A stretch of DNA of 64,000 nucleotides from an uncultured Bacteriovoracaceae bacterium. Lineage in GTDB: Bacteria; Desulfobacterota; Desulfomonilia; UBA1062. The translations under genes were made by a program, and so were the position numbers. The notes under the pieces were generated by a model. It saw only the letters and a program-made list of their open reading frames with translations, had not been told where the DNA came from and searched no databases. Where the stretch lies: the NCBI GenBank assembly GCA_964513375.1, contig CAZEMO010000005.1, forward strand, positions 65,175 through 129,174, given 5' to 3'. Below, in pieces: positions 1-9,217 of the stretch; position 1 is the first letter of the stretch, and the number at the start of each line of letters is the position of its first letter.

Positions 1-304
1 CGGATGTCACCCAGTAATAGCCGGTGATTGCTATCGATATTCCGGTCGAGCCGCATGTCTCGGTCTTAAGAATCGGCTTGCCTACGGCACGGAGCACATC
101 GGCGAAATAAAAATGGGTAAGCGCCACCCCCTCCATCATTGAGGGCATGGTACCGAAGACGACACCGTCGACATCCTTGAGGTCAATCCCCGTATTCGCC
201 ATCAGGGCTTCGACCGCTTCGTTTACAAGCTCGGGATAATTGACGTCAAAGCGTTTGCCATGGTTTGTCTGCCCACTTCCGATAATTGCAACTGGTCTTC
301 CCAT
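1..304 (-). CDS. SCP-x-type thiolase, 5'-truncated by the window edge (N-terminal ~100 aa present)
   Basis: Minus-strand ORF starting at ATG 302-304 with a GGAGG SD 5 nt upstream. The translation MGRPVAIIGSGQTNHGKR...KTETCGSTGISIAITGYYW has the glycine-rich N-terminus and a C-G-S-T-G nucleophile-type motif typical of thiolases. It runs past position 1. Confidence 0.7.
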   Translation of the reverse strand, partial: MGRPVAIIGSGQTNHGKRFDVNYPELVNEAVEALMANTGIDLKDVDGVVFGTMPSMMEGVALTHFYFADVLRAVGKPILKTETCGSTGISIAITGYYWVTS

Positions 305-313
305 AGCCGCCTC

Positions 314-1456
314 CTATGCGCCCACAATAGCAACTGCGTGGCACTGTCCGGCAAATCCGTGCGTGCCGTGCGCCAGAGCCGTTTTAACCTCTCGGTCCAA
401 CTGATGCTCGCCTGCCTGCCCTCTGATCTGAAGAACGCATTCGGCCAGCCGGTACAGACTGCGGGAAATATAGGGATTCATAGCGAGAGTCCCGCCCGAT
501 GGATTTACCGGCATTGCACCCGCCATTGATGTGGCGCCCTTATCGATAAGCTTTCCGCCTTCGCCCTTGCCGCAGAGCCCGAGATCCTCGCACCACAGAA
601 GTTCCTGGAAGGCATAAGGTTCGGTTATTTCGAAGCAGTCAATTTCCTTTCTCGGATTTTTAATGCCTGCCATGTCATAGGCGCGCCTGGCTGCATTGGG
701 CAGCTGACCTTTCAACAGGTCGCGGTCTCCTGGATAAAAGCTGTCCAGTGACGAACCATAGCCTTTGAGCCACACAGGTTTTTTCGTAAGCTTCTTCGCC
801 TTTTTTTCACCTGCAAGAAGGATAGCGATTATACCATCGGACTTGGGGCCCGCTTCAAGAGAATGGATGGGGTCCATCGCCATCTCTGTTGCCAGTACGT
901 CATCTACTGTGACACGCTTTTTAATATGTGCATATGGATTGCCGAGAGCGTTGCCCAAATTTTTGACAACGACTTTCGCGCACTGCTCCTGTGTGATGCC
1001 CGAGCGTTCCATATATTCACGCTTCTGAAGCGCTGCAGCAATTGTTTCGTTAAGACCTACCTGCCTCAAATAGAACGGGTCGGTATAAAAATGCGTTATA
1101 ACGTCATTTTCGGGGTTTTCAGAACCCTTGCATACGCCGAGGACCAGCGCCGTTTCATAGTTTCCGCTCATTATCCGCATTGCTGCGTATGCAAGAGCAA
1201 AGAGACCCTCGCCGTCCTGTCGGCTGCCGTTTTTGAGTAAAGCCGCGCCTGCGTCCCAGTAATATGCATTTGCACAGCTCATGCCTGAATGGAAAACATC
1301 CGATGAACAGCTGATGACCGTCCCAAGCTCGTCGCGGCTTACGCCAGACTTGTCGAGAACCTCCTTGCAGACCCTGAACACTATGTCGAGAAAGTTCTCA
1401 TGGCTTGGAGCACCTGCTGTCATGGCAACATCAACTATTCCTACTTTGCCTGACAT
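314..1456 (-). CDS. SCP-x-type thiolase-fold protein; nucleophile Cys apparently replaced
   Basis: The 387-aa ORF has thiolase-fold signatures (GIxDV N-terminus, NPSGG, an HDCF-like IDCFE loop). The start was moved to the internal ATG at 1456 (MSGKVGIV) because an AAGGAGGA SD lies 6 nt upstream. By-eye alignment to the upstream thiolase puts Arg/Gln/Asp at the nucleophile position. Confidence 0.7.
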   Translation of the reverse strand: MSGKVGIVDVAMTAGAPSHENFLDIVFRVCKEVLDKSGVSRDELGTVISCSSDVFHSGMSCANAYYWDAGAALLKNGSRQDGEGLFALAYAAMRIMSGNYETALVLGVCKGSENPENDVITHFYTDPFYLRQVGLNETIAAALQKREYMERSGITQEQCAKVVVKNLGNALGNPYAHIKKRVTVDDVLATEMAMDPIHSLEAGPKSDGIIAILLAGEKKAKKLTKKPVWLKGYGSSLDSFYPGDRDLLKGQLPNAARRAYDMAGIKNPRKEIDCFEITEPYAFQELLWCEDLGLCGKGEGGKLIDKGATSMAGAMPVNPSGGTLAMNPYISRSLYRLAECVLQIRGQAGEHQLDREVKTALAHGTHGFAGQCHAVAIVGA

Positions 1457-1604
1457 GTTATCCTCCTTAAAAATCAAGTAGTCAGTAGACAGTAGAGAAA
1501 CCCAATCAAACCTGAATTGATCCCCAACACTCTTTGTTAAAGAGCGTAAAGGAAAAGTTCGAGGTTAATGGTTCCTTCATCTCTCCTGTCTCCTGACTTC
1601 TTGT

Positions 1605-2375
1605 TTATCTTCCAATTATGTATCTGTATGGATCGACCTGTTCGCGAAGAATCGACAACTCGTGGTGAGTCGGAGCTTTTGTCTCCTTCATTTTCGGCAC
1701 CTGTAAGAGTTCGAATCCGCAGTTTTCCTGAACATCCTTGAACGTATAGCCGGGATTGATGGACATGACCCTCATGCGCTTGCTCTCGGGTTCAAAGTCC
1801 ATGACAGCCATATTCGTGATTATCTTATAAGGCCCGGTTCCCAGAGGCAGACCGGCTTCATAACGAGAGTTGCCTCCCTTTATCCAGCCCGGAGTTGTGA
1901 TAAAATCGATGTTCTCAACAAAGCGTCTTGCATCCTGGACGGTCATGACCATCATCTTCCAGCAGAAAGAACCGAAATCATTGGCCCCGCCGGAACCCGG
2001 CAGTCTCACCTTGGGCTTCTGGTGGTCGCCGCCTATTTTGGTCGAGTTGAGGTTACCAAACATGTCGATCTGGGCGCCTCCCAGGAATGTATAGTCGACA
2101 AAACCCCGGCAGCATGTCTCCATGATCTCAGCCATGCTGGTCGCCATGATGGCCTTATTGAATGTCCTCGAATCGCCGACCGAGATCGGCATCTCAGGCA
2201 GAATCGGGCTTACGCCGCCCGCCTCGAACATGATTACAAGATTCGGCGCGTGAGTCTTCTGAGCAAGCATGGCCGCCGCACACGGAGCACCAGTACCGAC
2301 GCCTGCCGTGGCGCCGTCTTCGAGTTCGCGTGAGGCAACCGTAATCATCAGCTCCATGGTATTGTAATCAGCCAT
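1605..2375 (-). CDS. Family I CoA-transferase subunit B (glutaconate CoA-transferase GctB-like)
   Basis: 256 aa, start MADYNTMELMITVASREL. An AAGGAGGTG SD precedes the ATG. It overlaps the 3' end of subunit A by 8 nt. Confidence 0.75.
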   Translation of the reverse strand: MADYNTMELMITVASRELEDGATAGVGTGAPCAAAMLAQKTHAPNLVIMFEAGGVSPILPEMPISVGDSRTFNKAIMATSMAEIMETCCRGFVDYTFLGGAQIDMFGNLNSTKIGGDHQKPKVRLPGSGGANDFGSFCWKMMVMTVQDARRFVENIDFITTPGWIKGGNSRYEAGLPLGTGPYKIITNMAVMDFEPESKRMRVMSINPGYTFKDVQENCGFELLQVPKMKETKAPTHHELSILREQVDPYRYIIGR

Positions 2376-3366
2376 TGGTCACCTCCTTGTGAAGCATGTG
2401 CTCTTTAAGTCTGAGTTCGATAATCTTGTGTGTTCCGCCGTTGAGCTCTATATAGTCATAATGGTCCTTGCAGCCGTAGATATACTTCTGCATGAATGCC
2501 TTGAACCTCTCTGGGTCTTCTTCGGTCTGCATCCACTCTTTCAGATGCGGTTCGTCAGAGAAATATTCATATGCCATATTCCCAGGATATGCGCCGAAAG
2601 GCACTTCACAGACTGCGTCCACGAGCCAGTAAGGTATCTTGGTCGCTGTCGGATCGCGTCGTATCTCTTCATTGGGTATCAGCCTTTCGCACGTGATGAT
2701 GAGCTTTTTGCTCGCCCTTGCAAGATCGTCATCGGCAATCATAATACCCTTTATGCGGCAGTTGCCGTATATGTCGGCTTCATGCACATGAATTATCGAT
2801 ATATCCGGATATAGAGCAGGCTGAAGCACGACCTTTTTGCCTGTAAAGGGACACTCGACTACCTTGCATCCGCTGTACTTGAATGTATCGGTTCCCATCA
2901 GGTTTCTGGTCGGTACGAACGGAACACCCATAGCGGCGGCCTTGAGCCTCGCCGCCAGGCTGTAATTGCTCCACTCCGTGACCTGCACTTTGCCGCTCTG
3001 CATATATCTGCGAGCGACATTTGAAAGCCCTCTTGCCTCAAGACCTATAATATAGGCTGCATCGCACCTGTTGAAAACCTCACCTGCCGCCAGAATCTGG
3101 AAATCATGGGTGGATGTGTGGCCTGCAAATCCCATGTTTTTTCTTCCCTGTCTGACAATCTCGTGGCATGCTGCTATCGGAGCTCTGTTCGCACCGAAAC
3201 CGCCAATGGCGAGATATTCGCCGTCCTTCACGTATTTTTCAATTGCTTCTTTTAAGGGCATCAGCTTGTTTTCCAGCTTCCGTGACTTGTGGCGGAAGTG
3301 AAGCCTTGCCTTGTCCGGATCGGGATCCGTAAACAGCTCCCCAATTCCCTGTTCTAAAACGTCCAC
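2368..3366 (-). CDS. Family I CoA-transferase subunit A (GctA-like)
   Basis: 332 aa containing KEAIEKYVKDGEYLAIGGFG. A strong AGGAGGT SD lies 5 nt upstream of ATG 3366. Confidence 0.75.
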   Translation of the reverse strand: MDVLEQGIGELFTDPDPDKARLHFRHKSRKLENKLMPLKEAIEKYVKDGEYLAIGGFGANRAPIAACHEIVRQGRKNMGFAGHTSTHDFQILAAGEVFNRCDAAYIIGLEARGLSNVARRYMQSGKVQVTEWSNYSLAARLKAAAMGVPFVPTRNLMGTDTFKYSGCKVVECPFTGKKVVLQPALYPDISIIHVHEADIYGNCRIKGIMIADDDLARASKKLIITCERLIPNEEIRRDPTATKIPYWLVDAVCEVPFGAYPGNMAYEYFSDEPHLKEWMQTEEDPERFKAFMQKYIYGCKDHYDYIELNGGTHKIIELRLKEHMLHKEVTNG

Positions 3367-3380
3367 GTTAACCTCCTAAA

Positions 3381-3461
3381 TAGTAGTGGTGAGTTATGAG
3401 TGGTAAGTGGTGAGAGGAATCTTATCTTTAACTCACCACTCACCACTGACTACTCATAACT
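3381..3461. repeat. Imperfect long inverted repeat built from inverted arrays of a 7-nt unit (GGTGAGT / ACTCACC), between the acyl-CoA synthetase and CoA-transferase A genes
   Basis: Seen directly in the sequence. The left arm has GGTGAGT-like heptamers (ggtgagt tatgagt ggtaagt ggtgaga). The right arm has ACTCACC-like heptamers (actcacc actcacc actgact actcata). A ~25-30 bp stem is predicted, sitting immediately 5' of the SD of the CoA-transferase A gene on the minus-strand transcript. Confidence 0.5.
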
Positions 3462-3468
3462 TTCTTTC

Positions 3469-5274
3469 TTATTCTCCATCAACCGGATACATGCTTTCGA
3501 TGATGTCCTTGTATTTATTCATGACGACCTTGCGCTTTACCTTGAGCGACGGAGTCAGTTCGCCTGTAGTCTCCGAAAATGTATTTTTGAGCACCCTGTA
3601 GTATTTTATGGTCTCAACCCTTGCGAGATTTGTATTGAGTTCTTGGACATGCTTATCAACAAGACTTAAGAACTCCTTCTTTTCAAAAAGCTCTTCTGGA
3701 TTATTAAAGCTTATGCCGGCTTGTTTTGCTATTCGCGAGCTTTCCTCGTGGTTCAGGTTAAATAGCGAAACAAGATATTTCCGGTTGTCGCCGATTACTA
3801 TGACCTGCTCGAACAGCGGGTCCTGCTTGAACATATTCTCAATATTCTGCGGCGCTATGTTTTTTCCACCTGCGGTTATGATAAGGTCTTTCTTGCGATC
3901 TGTTATTACCAGGAAACCGTCTGAATCGAGATGACCTATATCTCCACTTTTCAGCCAACCGTCTTCGGTGAAGGCCTCTTTTGTCTGCTCGGGCATTTTC
4001 CAGTAGCCCTGAATTACATTATCGCCCTTGATAAGGATTTCACCGTCATCAGCAATCTTTATGTCATTGCAGGGAAGAGGCTTTCCGGTCGTACCGAGCT
4101 TATAGTCTGTAATTGTATTGAGAGTTGCAGGCGCAGTGCTTTCGGTCATGCCGTAACCCTCGATTACAAATACACCTGCGGCATTGAAGAAATCCGCAAT
4201 CTCGCGGGACAGTGGCGCTCCTGCAGCAGTCATCCAGCGGACACGTCCGCCCAGTGCCATTGCAACTTTTTTATAAACAAGATTATATGCGATTTTATAC
4301 TGAATGTTCAGAAGAAGTGGAATCGACTGCTTCTTCTCTTTTAATTTGCTCACCTGAGCGCCAACTGTTGTAGCCCATTTAAAGACCTTCTGCATCAGAG
4401 GGGGCTGCTGTTTGACCTGTGCCTGTATCTTTGCATAGACCTTTTCGCACACACGTGGCACCGCCAGTACAATTGTCGGCCTCTTGGCCTGTATGTCTTC
4501 GACGATCGTGTTGAAATCCTGTGCATAATGGGCGGTAATGCCTACTTTCATGCCGTAGAAATGCCCGGCTATCCGCTCGAACACGTGGCAGAGAGGGAGG
4601 AACGGGACCGTTTCATCTGTCTCGTCAGCAGGGACAATCTTGCTCAACCCGTCAAATACAGCGAGAATATTCTTGTGCGTTATCATGGCGCCTTTCGGAT
4701 GTCCTGTCGTGCCGGATGTATAGACGAACGTTGCAAGGTCATCCACACTTACATCGTCTGTAAGTTTTTCGAAAAGGCCCGGCTCTTTTTTGTCCAGTTC
4801 GGCGCCAAGCTTTTTTAGTTCATCGAAACTCATAAGCCTCTTATCATTCAAATCGACGCCTTTTGCCTCGATCACTATTATCTTTAACAACTCCGGACAG
4901 AGACCTATGGTATCAAGACCTTTATCGACTGCTTCTTTGTTTTCAGCAATGTAGACCTTTGCATCGGAATTGTTGTTTATATAACCCGCTTCCGATGACG
5001 GTACTGTCGGATATATGGGTATTGTGACCGCCCCTATTCCAATTATGCCCATATCGGACTCAATCCATTCAAGCCTGTTTGTACATAAAATTGAAACGCG
5101 GTCACCCTTCCTTACCCCAAGGCTGTATAAGCCCAGTCCGATTTCTTTTGACGATTTATAGTACTCATCCCAGGTGATGCCGCGCCATACACCATCTAAC
5201 CTTTTTTCAGCGGCAAGTCTGCTGCCGAATTTTTTAGCCTGCCTCCTGAAAATTTGCCCCAGATTCTCCTTCAT
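3469..5274 (-). CDS. AMP-forming long-chain acyl-CoA synthetase (FadD/FAA1-like)
   Basis: It has the AMP-binding motif YTSGTTGHPKGAMITHKN and a C-terminal GWLKSGDIG...ITDRKKDLI region. The track start is a GTG. The start was moved to the internal ATG (MKENLGQIFRRQAKKFG), which is preceded by AGGAGGT. Confidence 0.8.
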   Translation of the reverse strand: MKENLGQIFRRQAKKFGSRLAAEKRLDGVWRGITWDEYYKSSKEIGLGLYSLGVRKGDRVSILCTNRLEWIESDMGIIGIGAVTIPIYPTVPSSEAGYINNNSDAKVYIAENKEAVDKGLDTIGLCPELLKIIVIEAKGVDLNDKRLMSFDELKKLGAELDKKEPGLFEKLTDDVSVDDLATFVYTSGTTGHPKGAMITHKNILAVFDGLSKIVPADETDETVPFLPLCHVFERIAGHFYGMKVGITAHYAQDFNTIVEDIQAKRPTIVLAVPRVCEKVYAKIQAQVKQQPPLMQKVFKWATTVGAQVSKLKEKKQSIPLLLNIQYKIAYNLVYKKVAMALGGRVRWMTAAGAPLSREIADFFNAAGVFVIEGYGMTESTAPATLNTITDYKLGTTGKPLPCNDIKIADDGEILIKGDNVIQGYWKMPEQTKEAFTEDGWLKSGDIGHLDSDGFLVITDRKKDLIITAGGKNIAPQNIENMFKQDPLFEQVIVIGDNRKYLVSLFNLNHEESSRIAKQAGISFNNPEELFEKKEFLSLVDKHVQELNTNLARVETIKYYRVLKNTFSETTGELTPSLKVKRKVVMNKYKDIIESMYPVDGE

Positions 5275-5397
5275 AAAGACCTCCTGTGAATTTGAAAGAA
5301 ACCTCGAGAACGAAGCCGCTAAGCTTTTGAGCTGCCAAGCAGAAACCAGTCCGGGTTCCACTCATCAGCCCATCAGCTTATAGGTAGCTCAATCGTT

Positions 5398-6261
5398 CTA
5401 TCTTCTGGTCGTACCCATTATTGAACTTGCTTCGTCAGGTGTCGCCGGTTCCCTGCCAAGAGACTTTGCAACAGTGACAGCCCATTCGACCTGCTCGAAG
5501 CTTCCCTTAGCAATTTCGCCATTGGGCATGCGGGTATTGTCTTCAAGTCCCACCCTCATATGACCGCCCATGAGGCAGCTCATCATATTTGCGGGGAACT
5601 GTTCAATACCGACACCGCAGGTCGTAAAATTGGCACCGGCCGGAAGGGCGTGGTACATTGTTACGAACGCATCAGGCCTGAAGGCCTGCCCGCCGACAAC
5701 GCCCCATACGAAGTTGAAGTTCATGGGTTGAGAGAAAAAGCCCTGCTTCATTATAAGGAGAACATTGTCGAGACCGCCTATGTCATAAATCTCGATCTCG
5801 GGCTTTGTTTTCTGGGCTTCCATGGCCTTGCCGAAGTCCTGGAGCATGGTGAATGTGTTTTCAAAAACAAAGTCTATGAATACTGCGCCAGTTTTACGGT
5901 CAAGAACTGAGAAATTCATCGTGTTGGTGTTCAGAGATGCCATTTCAGGACTGACATGTACGATCTGGCTTATACGCTGTTCGGGCGTTTTGCCCATACC
6001 AACAGCCGAACTCATATTGACTATAAGTTTGGGGCATTTGGCTTTGATCGCATCATGTGTATCCTTGATCCTTGCATGGTCATGAGTCGGCCAACCGTCA
6101 TCTTGACGCGCATGGACATGCACCATAGCAGCGCCTGAGTTATAGCATTTCTCGGCCTCGATTGCGAATTCTTCCGGGGTATAGGGAACCGAAGGGTTAT
6201 TGTTTTTCATCGTGGCAGCGCCCGCCAGAGCAGCACAGATTATTACCTTGTTTTCAGCCAT
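5398..6261 (-). CDS. BKACE-family beta-keto acid cleavage enzyme (3-keto-5-aminohexanoate cleavage enzyme-like, DUF849)
   Basis: 287 aa, MAENKVIICAALAGAATMKNNNPSVPYTPEE...AAMVHVHARQDDG. This is the TIM-barrel Kce-like signature. A GGGAGGT SD lies upstream. Confidence 0.7.
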   Translation of the reverse strand: MAENKVIICAALAGAATMKNNNPSVPYTPEEFAIEAEKCYNSGAAMVHVHARQDDGWPTHDHARIKDTHDAIKAKCPKLIVNMSSAVGMGKTPEQRISQIVHVSPEMASLNTNTMNFSVLDRKTGAVFIDFVFENTFTMLQDFGKAMEAQKTKPEIEIYDIGGLDNVLLIMKQGFFSQPMNFNFVWGVVGGQAFRPDAFVTMYHALPAGANFTTCGVGIEQFPANMMSCLMGGHMRVGLEDNTRMPNGEIAKGSFEQVEWAVTVAKSLGREPATPDEASSIMGTTRR

Positions 6262-6369
6262 GTTAAGATACCTCCCACTTTTTTATTTTTTTATGCAGGG
6301 CGAAAGAATTTTGTTCTAACGCCCTTTTGTAATCAGCCCAAATTCATATTCCTGTAAAAAATGCCTGCA

Positions 6370-6837
6370 TCATACAGGCTCAAAATGATCAAGATCTCTT
6401 ATAGAATTCGTAGTCTCGGCGGCATAAACCGCTTTAACCCTCATCCCTATCTTTATGTCTTCCGGTGCAATACCCTGAACAATATGGGCGAAAGGCGTGT
6501 CCGCACCATCAACCTTGATAAGCGCAAGTATATAAGGCGGCTTTATGGGCAGGTGCTTGTCGCAGTAATTCACGATGGTATAGTTTGTAACCACGCCTTC
6601 ATTCCCCAGTTCAACCCAGTTTTCATCAAGCTTTTCAAGATCTTTTTCGCAGTATTCTCTGGGCGGCACATAAACCTTGTTGCATTTGTTGCATTTGACA
6701 CCAAGGATCTTCTTGGCATCCCTTACGGAGATTATGAATTTTGAACCGACACTGCCTGCAAAGTACTGATTCGGCAGGGCCATCTTTCCGTTCATTACAA
6801 AACATTCGCTTTTGTCTATTTCATTTTTTACTGCCAT
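6370..6837 (-). CDS. DUF35 family protein (rubredoxin-like Zn-ribbon plus OB-fold; thiolase/aldolase partner)
   Basis: 155 aa with KCNKCNK...YC. The size and Cys spacing match DUF35 (ChsH2/BbsA-like). A GGAGG SD is present. It is located among the thiolase-fold genes. Confidence 0.65.
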   Translation of the reverse strand: MAVKNEIDKSECFVMNGKMALPNQYFAGSVGSKFIISVRDAKKILGVKCNKCNKVYVPPREYCEKDLEKLDENWVELGNEGVVTNYTIVNYCDKHLPIKPPYILALIKVDGADTPFAHIVQGIAPEDIKIGMRVKAVYAAETTNSIRDLDHFEPV

Positions 6838-6848
6838 ATCATGCCTCC

Positions 6849-8006
6849 CTAGTCATCGATTTCGAAATAGAGCAGGTCTGTAAAGCTTCCTGTCCTTTTT
6901 TCCGCCCAGACCGGTCTTATTTTCATACCGGGGCGGATCCTTTCGAAATCTTCCTTTTTGATATCGTGAGCAAAACTTTCACCTAATGTCGAGCCGTCCA
7001 TAATCATGAAAAGAGCCGCATAAGGTGTCTGCTTTACCTTTCCGCTGAGAGGGTCAGGACTTGCAAAATACACCTTGTCAACAACCGTTACTGTCGCTTT
7101 AGGTCCGACCTCAACAAATTCGTCAACTCGCACTCTGCAGACAGCACAGACTTCACGCGGAGGTATCTGGGTTCTTCCACAGACAGGACATTTTGATGCA
7201 AAGAATTTCTTCTCCTTAAGGCCTTTGAACCATTTTCCCATGTGCGTGCCAGTGGCAAACCTCTGATTTATCGAAGGAACGCATTTCAGACTTATAAGCT
7301 CTTCTCCCCCTTTTTCATCGGCGCCAACGATCTCAAATTTGTTGAACAGCTTTGCTGTTGCACCGGCAGCCATCATGTCACCGTCTATCTTTACCTGACC
7401 TGCGCTGAATGCAGTACCCGGGTCAACCTTTCCCGTGTTTAGGCCGACAAATATGTCGGCAGCCATGATAAGGGTGACAGTATTGTCTGCATCTATGCCT
7501 TCTTTGAGAGTACATGTATTGTCCTTAATCACAACAGTCCACTTTCCGCCGTCGGCACCGGAGAGGTCATACCCTATCTTCATGTTGACGCCGTCAGCCT
7601 TGTCGGCCCTGAAGCGCTCAGGCATGCTTTCAACGATTGCACTAGCCCTGATAACAGGTTTAAAGGGTGTAAAAGCCTTTGGTAAAACGTTTAGAAGCGC
7701 GGTTATATCGCCTGTGACTTTAAGCCTGCCGGACGAGAAAGCCTCGCCTGTATCAAGTTTTCCCAGCGCCCCGCCAACAAAACCTTCGGCATCGGTATTC
7801 AAAGTCACCGAACATTTCGGCAGGTCGCCTTCAATCTTCTCAACTTTCAGTGCTGCATCTTTTATTGTGACTGCCCACTTCCCGCCGCCATCGCCGGTTA
7901 TGTCATAACCTATAACCACATCGACTCCGGTTACACCTTCCGGTTTAAATCGCTCTGGCATTGTTCCGAATATATCTTCCACTCTTGAGCCAAAATATTC
8001 AGCCAT
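6849..8006 (-). CDS. Fusion protein: two tandem SCP2 sterol-carrier domains plus a C-terminal DUF35 (CPVCGRT...CAVCRV zinc ribbon and OB-fold)
   Basis: Two repeats resemble MPERFKPEGVTGVDVVIGYDITGDGGGKWAVTIKD and MPERFRADKADGVNMKIGYDLSGADGGKWTVVIKD (SCP2-like). A C-x2-C-x9-C-x2-C motif follows. The start was placed at ATG 8006, 5 nt after an AGGAGGT. Confidence 0.65.
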   Translation of the reverse strand: MAEYFGSRVEDIFGTMPERFKPEGVTGVDVVIGYDITGDGGGKWAVTIKDAALKVEKIEGDLPKCSVTLNTDAEGFVGGALGKLDTGEAFSSGRLKVTGDITALLNVLPKAFTPFKPVIRASAIVESMPERFRADKADGVNMKIGYDLSGADGGKWTVVIKDNTCTLKEGIDADNTVTLIMAADIFVGLNTGKVDPGTAFSAGQVKIDGDMMAAGATAKLFNKFEIVGADEKGGEELISLKCVPSINQRFATGTHMGKWFKGLKEKKFFASKCPVCGRTQIPPREVCAVCRVRVDEFVEVGPKATVTVVDKVYFASPDPLSGKVKQTPYAALFMIMDGSTLGESFAHDIKKEDFERIRPGMKIRPVWAEKRTGSFTDLLYFEIDD

Positions 8007-8016
8007 CATCCACCTC

Positions 8017-9207
8017 CTACCAGTCCAGATCTTTTTCAAGCATCATAAGCACCGTCCACAATGTTCCTCCGAAGCCCGAGGCAAGGGCATGCTTAACTTC
8101 GCGTTTGAGCTGATGCGGACCTGCATCTCCCCTTATCTGAAGCGCAGCCTCTGCAGGCCGCACCATTGCCGTTGCACCTATCGGATTTGTAGCCGTAACG
8201 CCGCCGGATGGGTTTAATGGAAGTTTTCCGTCGAGGTCCCAGTCTCCGTTTTCAAGCATCTTTATATGCTCATCACCTTCGAGCAGGAAGAATTCCCTGA
8301 GCCAGTCAAGACCCCACCATGCGGAAGGGTCATACATCTCGAATACGTCAAAATACTCAAGAGGCTCTTTTATCCCGTTTCTTCCAAAAAGATTCCTTGC
8401 AGCATAGTGATGTGTCATCTCCGGCTTTTCGATTCCGAAACAGTTGAAGGTCTCTTCGCGGTGGACCGTTATGTGGTCGCGTATCCATACAGGCGTCTTC
8501 TTGGCAAGCTCTTTTGCCTTTTTTTCGGTCGCAAGGATCATCACACAGCAACCATCAGACTGTGAACACATGTGGATAAGCCTCAGATCACCGACCAATT
8601 TTGGTGAAGTAGTCATGAGGTCATTCATCTGTTCGTATTCAAGACCGAAACGCCTGTGCGCACGAGGGTTGAGGCATGCATGCTTATCCATCATAATTCG
8701 ATAGAGCATAGCAGCCTTTGTAGCCCTTTCCTCACCGAATTCCGCTATCATCGCAGTTGCAGTGGTAGCGGTAAGTGCGCCTGTCTGAAGATGCCTGAAC
8801 CAGAGAGGATCCGCCATATTGGTGATACCTCCAGTCGTGTTACCCTCCTGCAGTTTTTCAAGACCGATTGCCATGACCACATCATACATACCTGAAGCGA
8901 TCAGGTTATCAGCAGCGCACACAAGAGTGGCGCCTACTGTTCCACCGGTTGTCAGACGAAATTCGTCTTTTCCATATGCAAGCGTACCGAGCGAATGCCA
9001 CATATCAGGCTGATGAACCATTTCAAAGAGCTCCATGTTGCCGTGGACGATACATTCTATATCATCCATAGTCACATTGCAGTCCGCCAGTGCGGCCCTG
9101 ACCGCTTCATTGACCATCTCCACCTGATTCTGGTTTTCCTTGTGGGAAGAGTATTCAGTCTGTCCTATCCCGACTATCGCTACATTTCTGTTTTTCTTAT
9201 GTCCCAT
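8017..9207 (-). CDS. SCP-x-type thiolase-fold protein lacking the nucleophile Cys (Gly at the aligned position); Ltp2-like?
   Basis: 396 aa with VAIVGIGQTEY, NPSGG and GLEKL motifs. In by-eye alignment TTGGTVGATL replaces the N-x-x-C-x-S/T-G segment. Confidence 0.7.
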   Translation of the reverse strand: MGHKKNRNVAIVGIGQTEYSSHKENQNQVEMVNEAVRAALADCNVTMDDIECIVHGNMELFEMVHQPDMWHSLGTLAYGKDEFRLTTGGTVGATLVCAADNLIASGMYDVVMAIGLEKLQEGNTTGGITNMADPLWFRHLQTGALTATTATAMIAEFGEERATKAAMLYRIMMDKHACLNPRAHRRFGLEYEQMNDLMTTSPKLVGDLRLIHMCSQSDGCCVMILATEKKAKELAKKTPVWIRDHITVHREETFNCFGIEKPEMTHHYAARNLFGRNGIKEPLEYFDVFEMYDPSAWWGLDWLREFFLLEGDEHIKMLENGDWDLDGKLPLNPSGGVTATNPIGATAMVRPAEAALQIRGDAGPHQLKREVKHALASGFGGTLWTVLMMLEKDLDW

Positions 9208-9217
9208 GTCTCACCCC

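Noticed and set aside
260-529. Plus-strand 89-aa ORF overlapping the boundary of two minus-strand thiolase genes
   Set aside because: It lies entirely antisense to well-supported thiolase-fold coding sequence and spans their junction. It has no SD and a low-complexity translation, so it is most likely a shadow ORF.
1690-1720. gagttcgaatccgcag string resembling a tRNA T-arm (GTTCGAATCC)
   Set aside because: It is embedded in CoA-transferase B coding sequence, with no complementary acceptor stem or D/anticodon arms around it, so it is coincidental.
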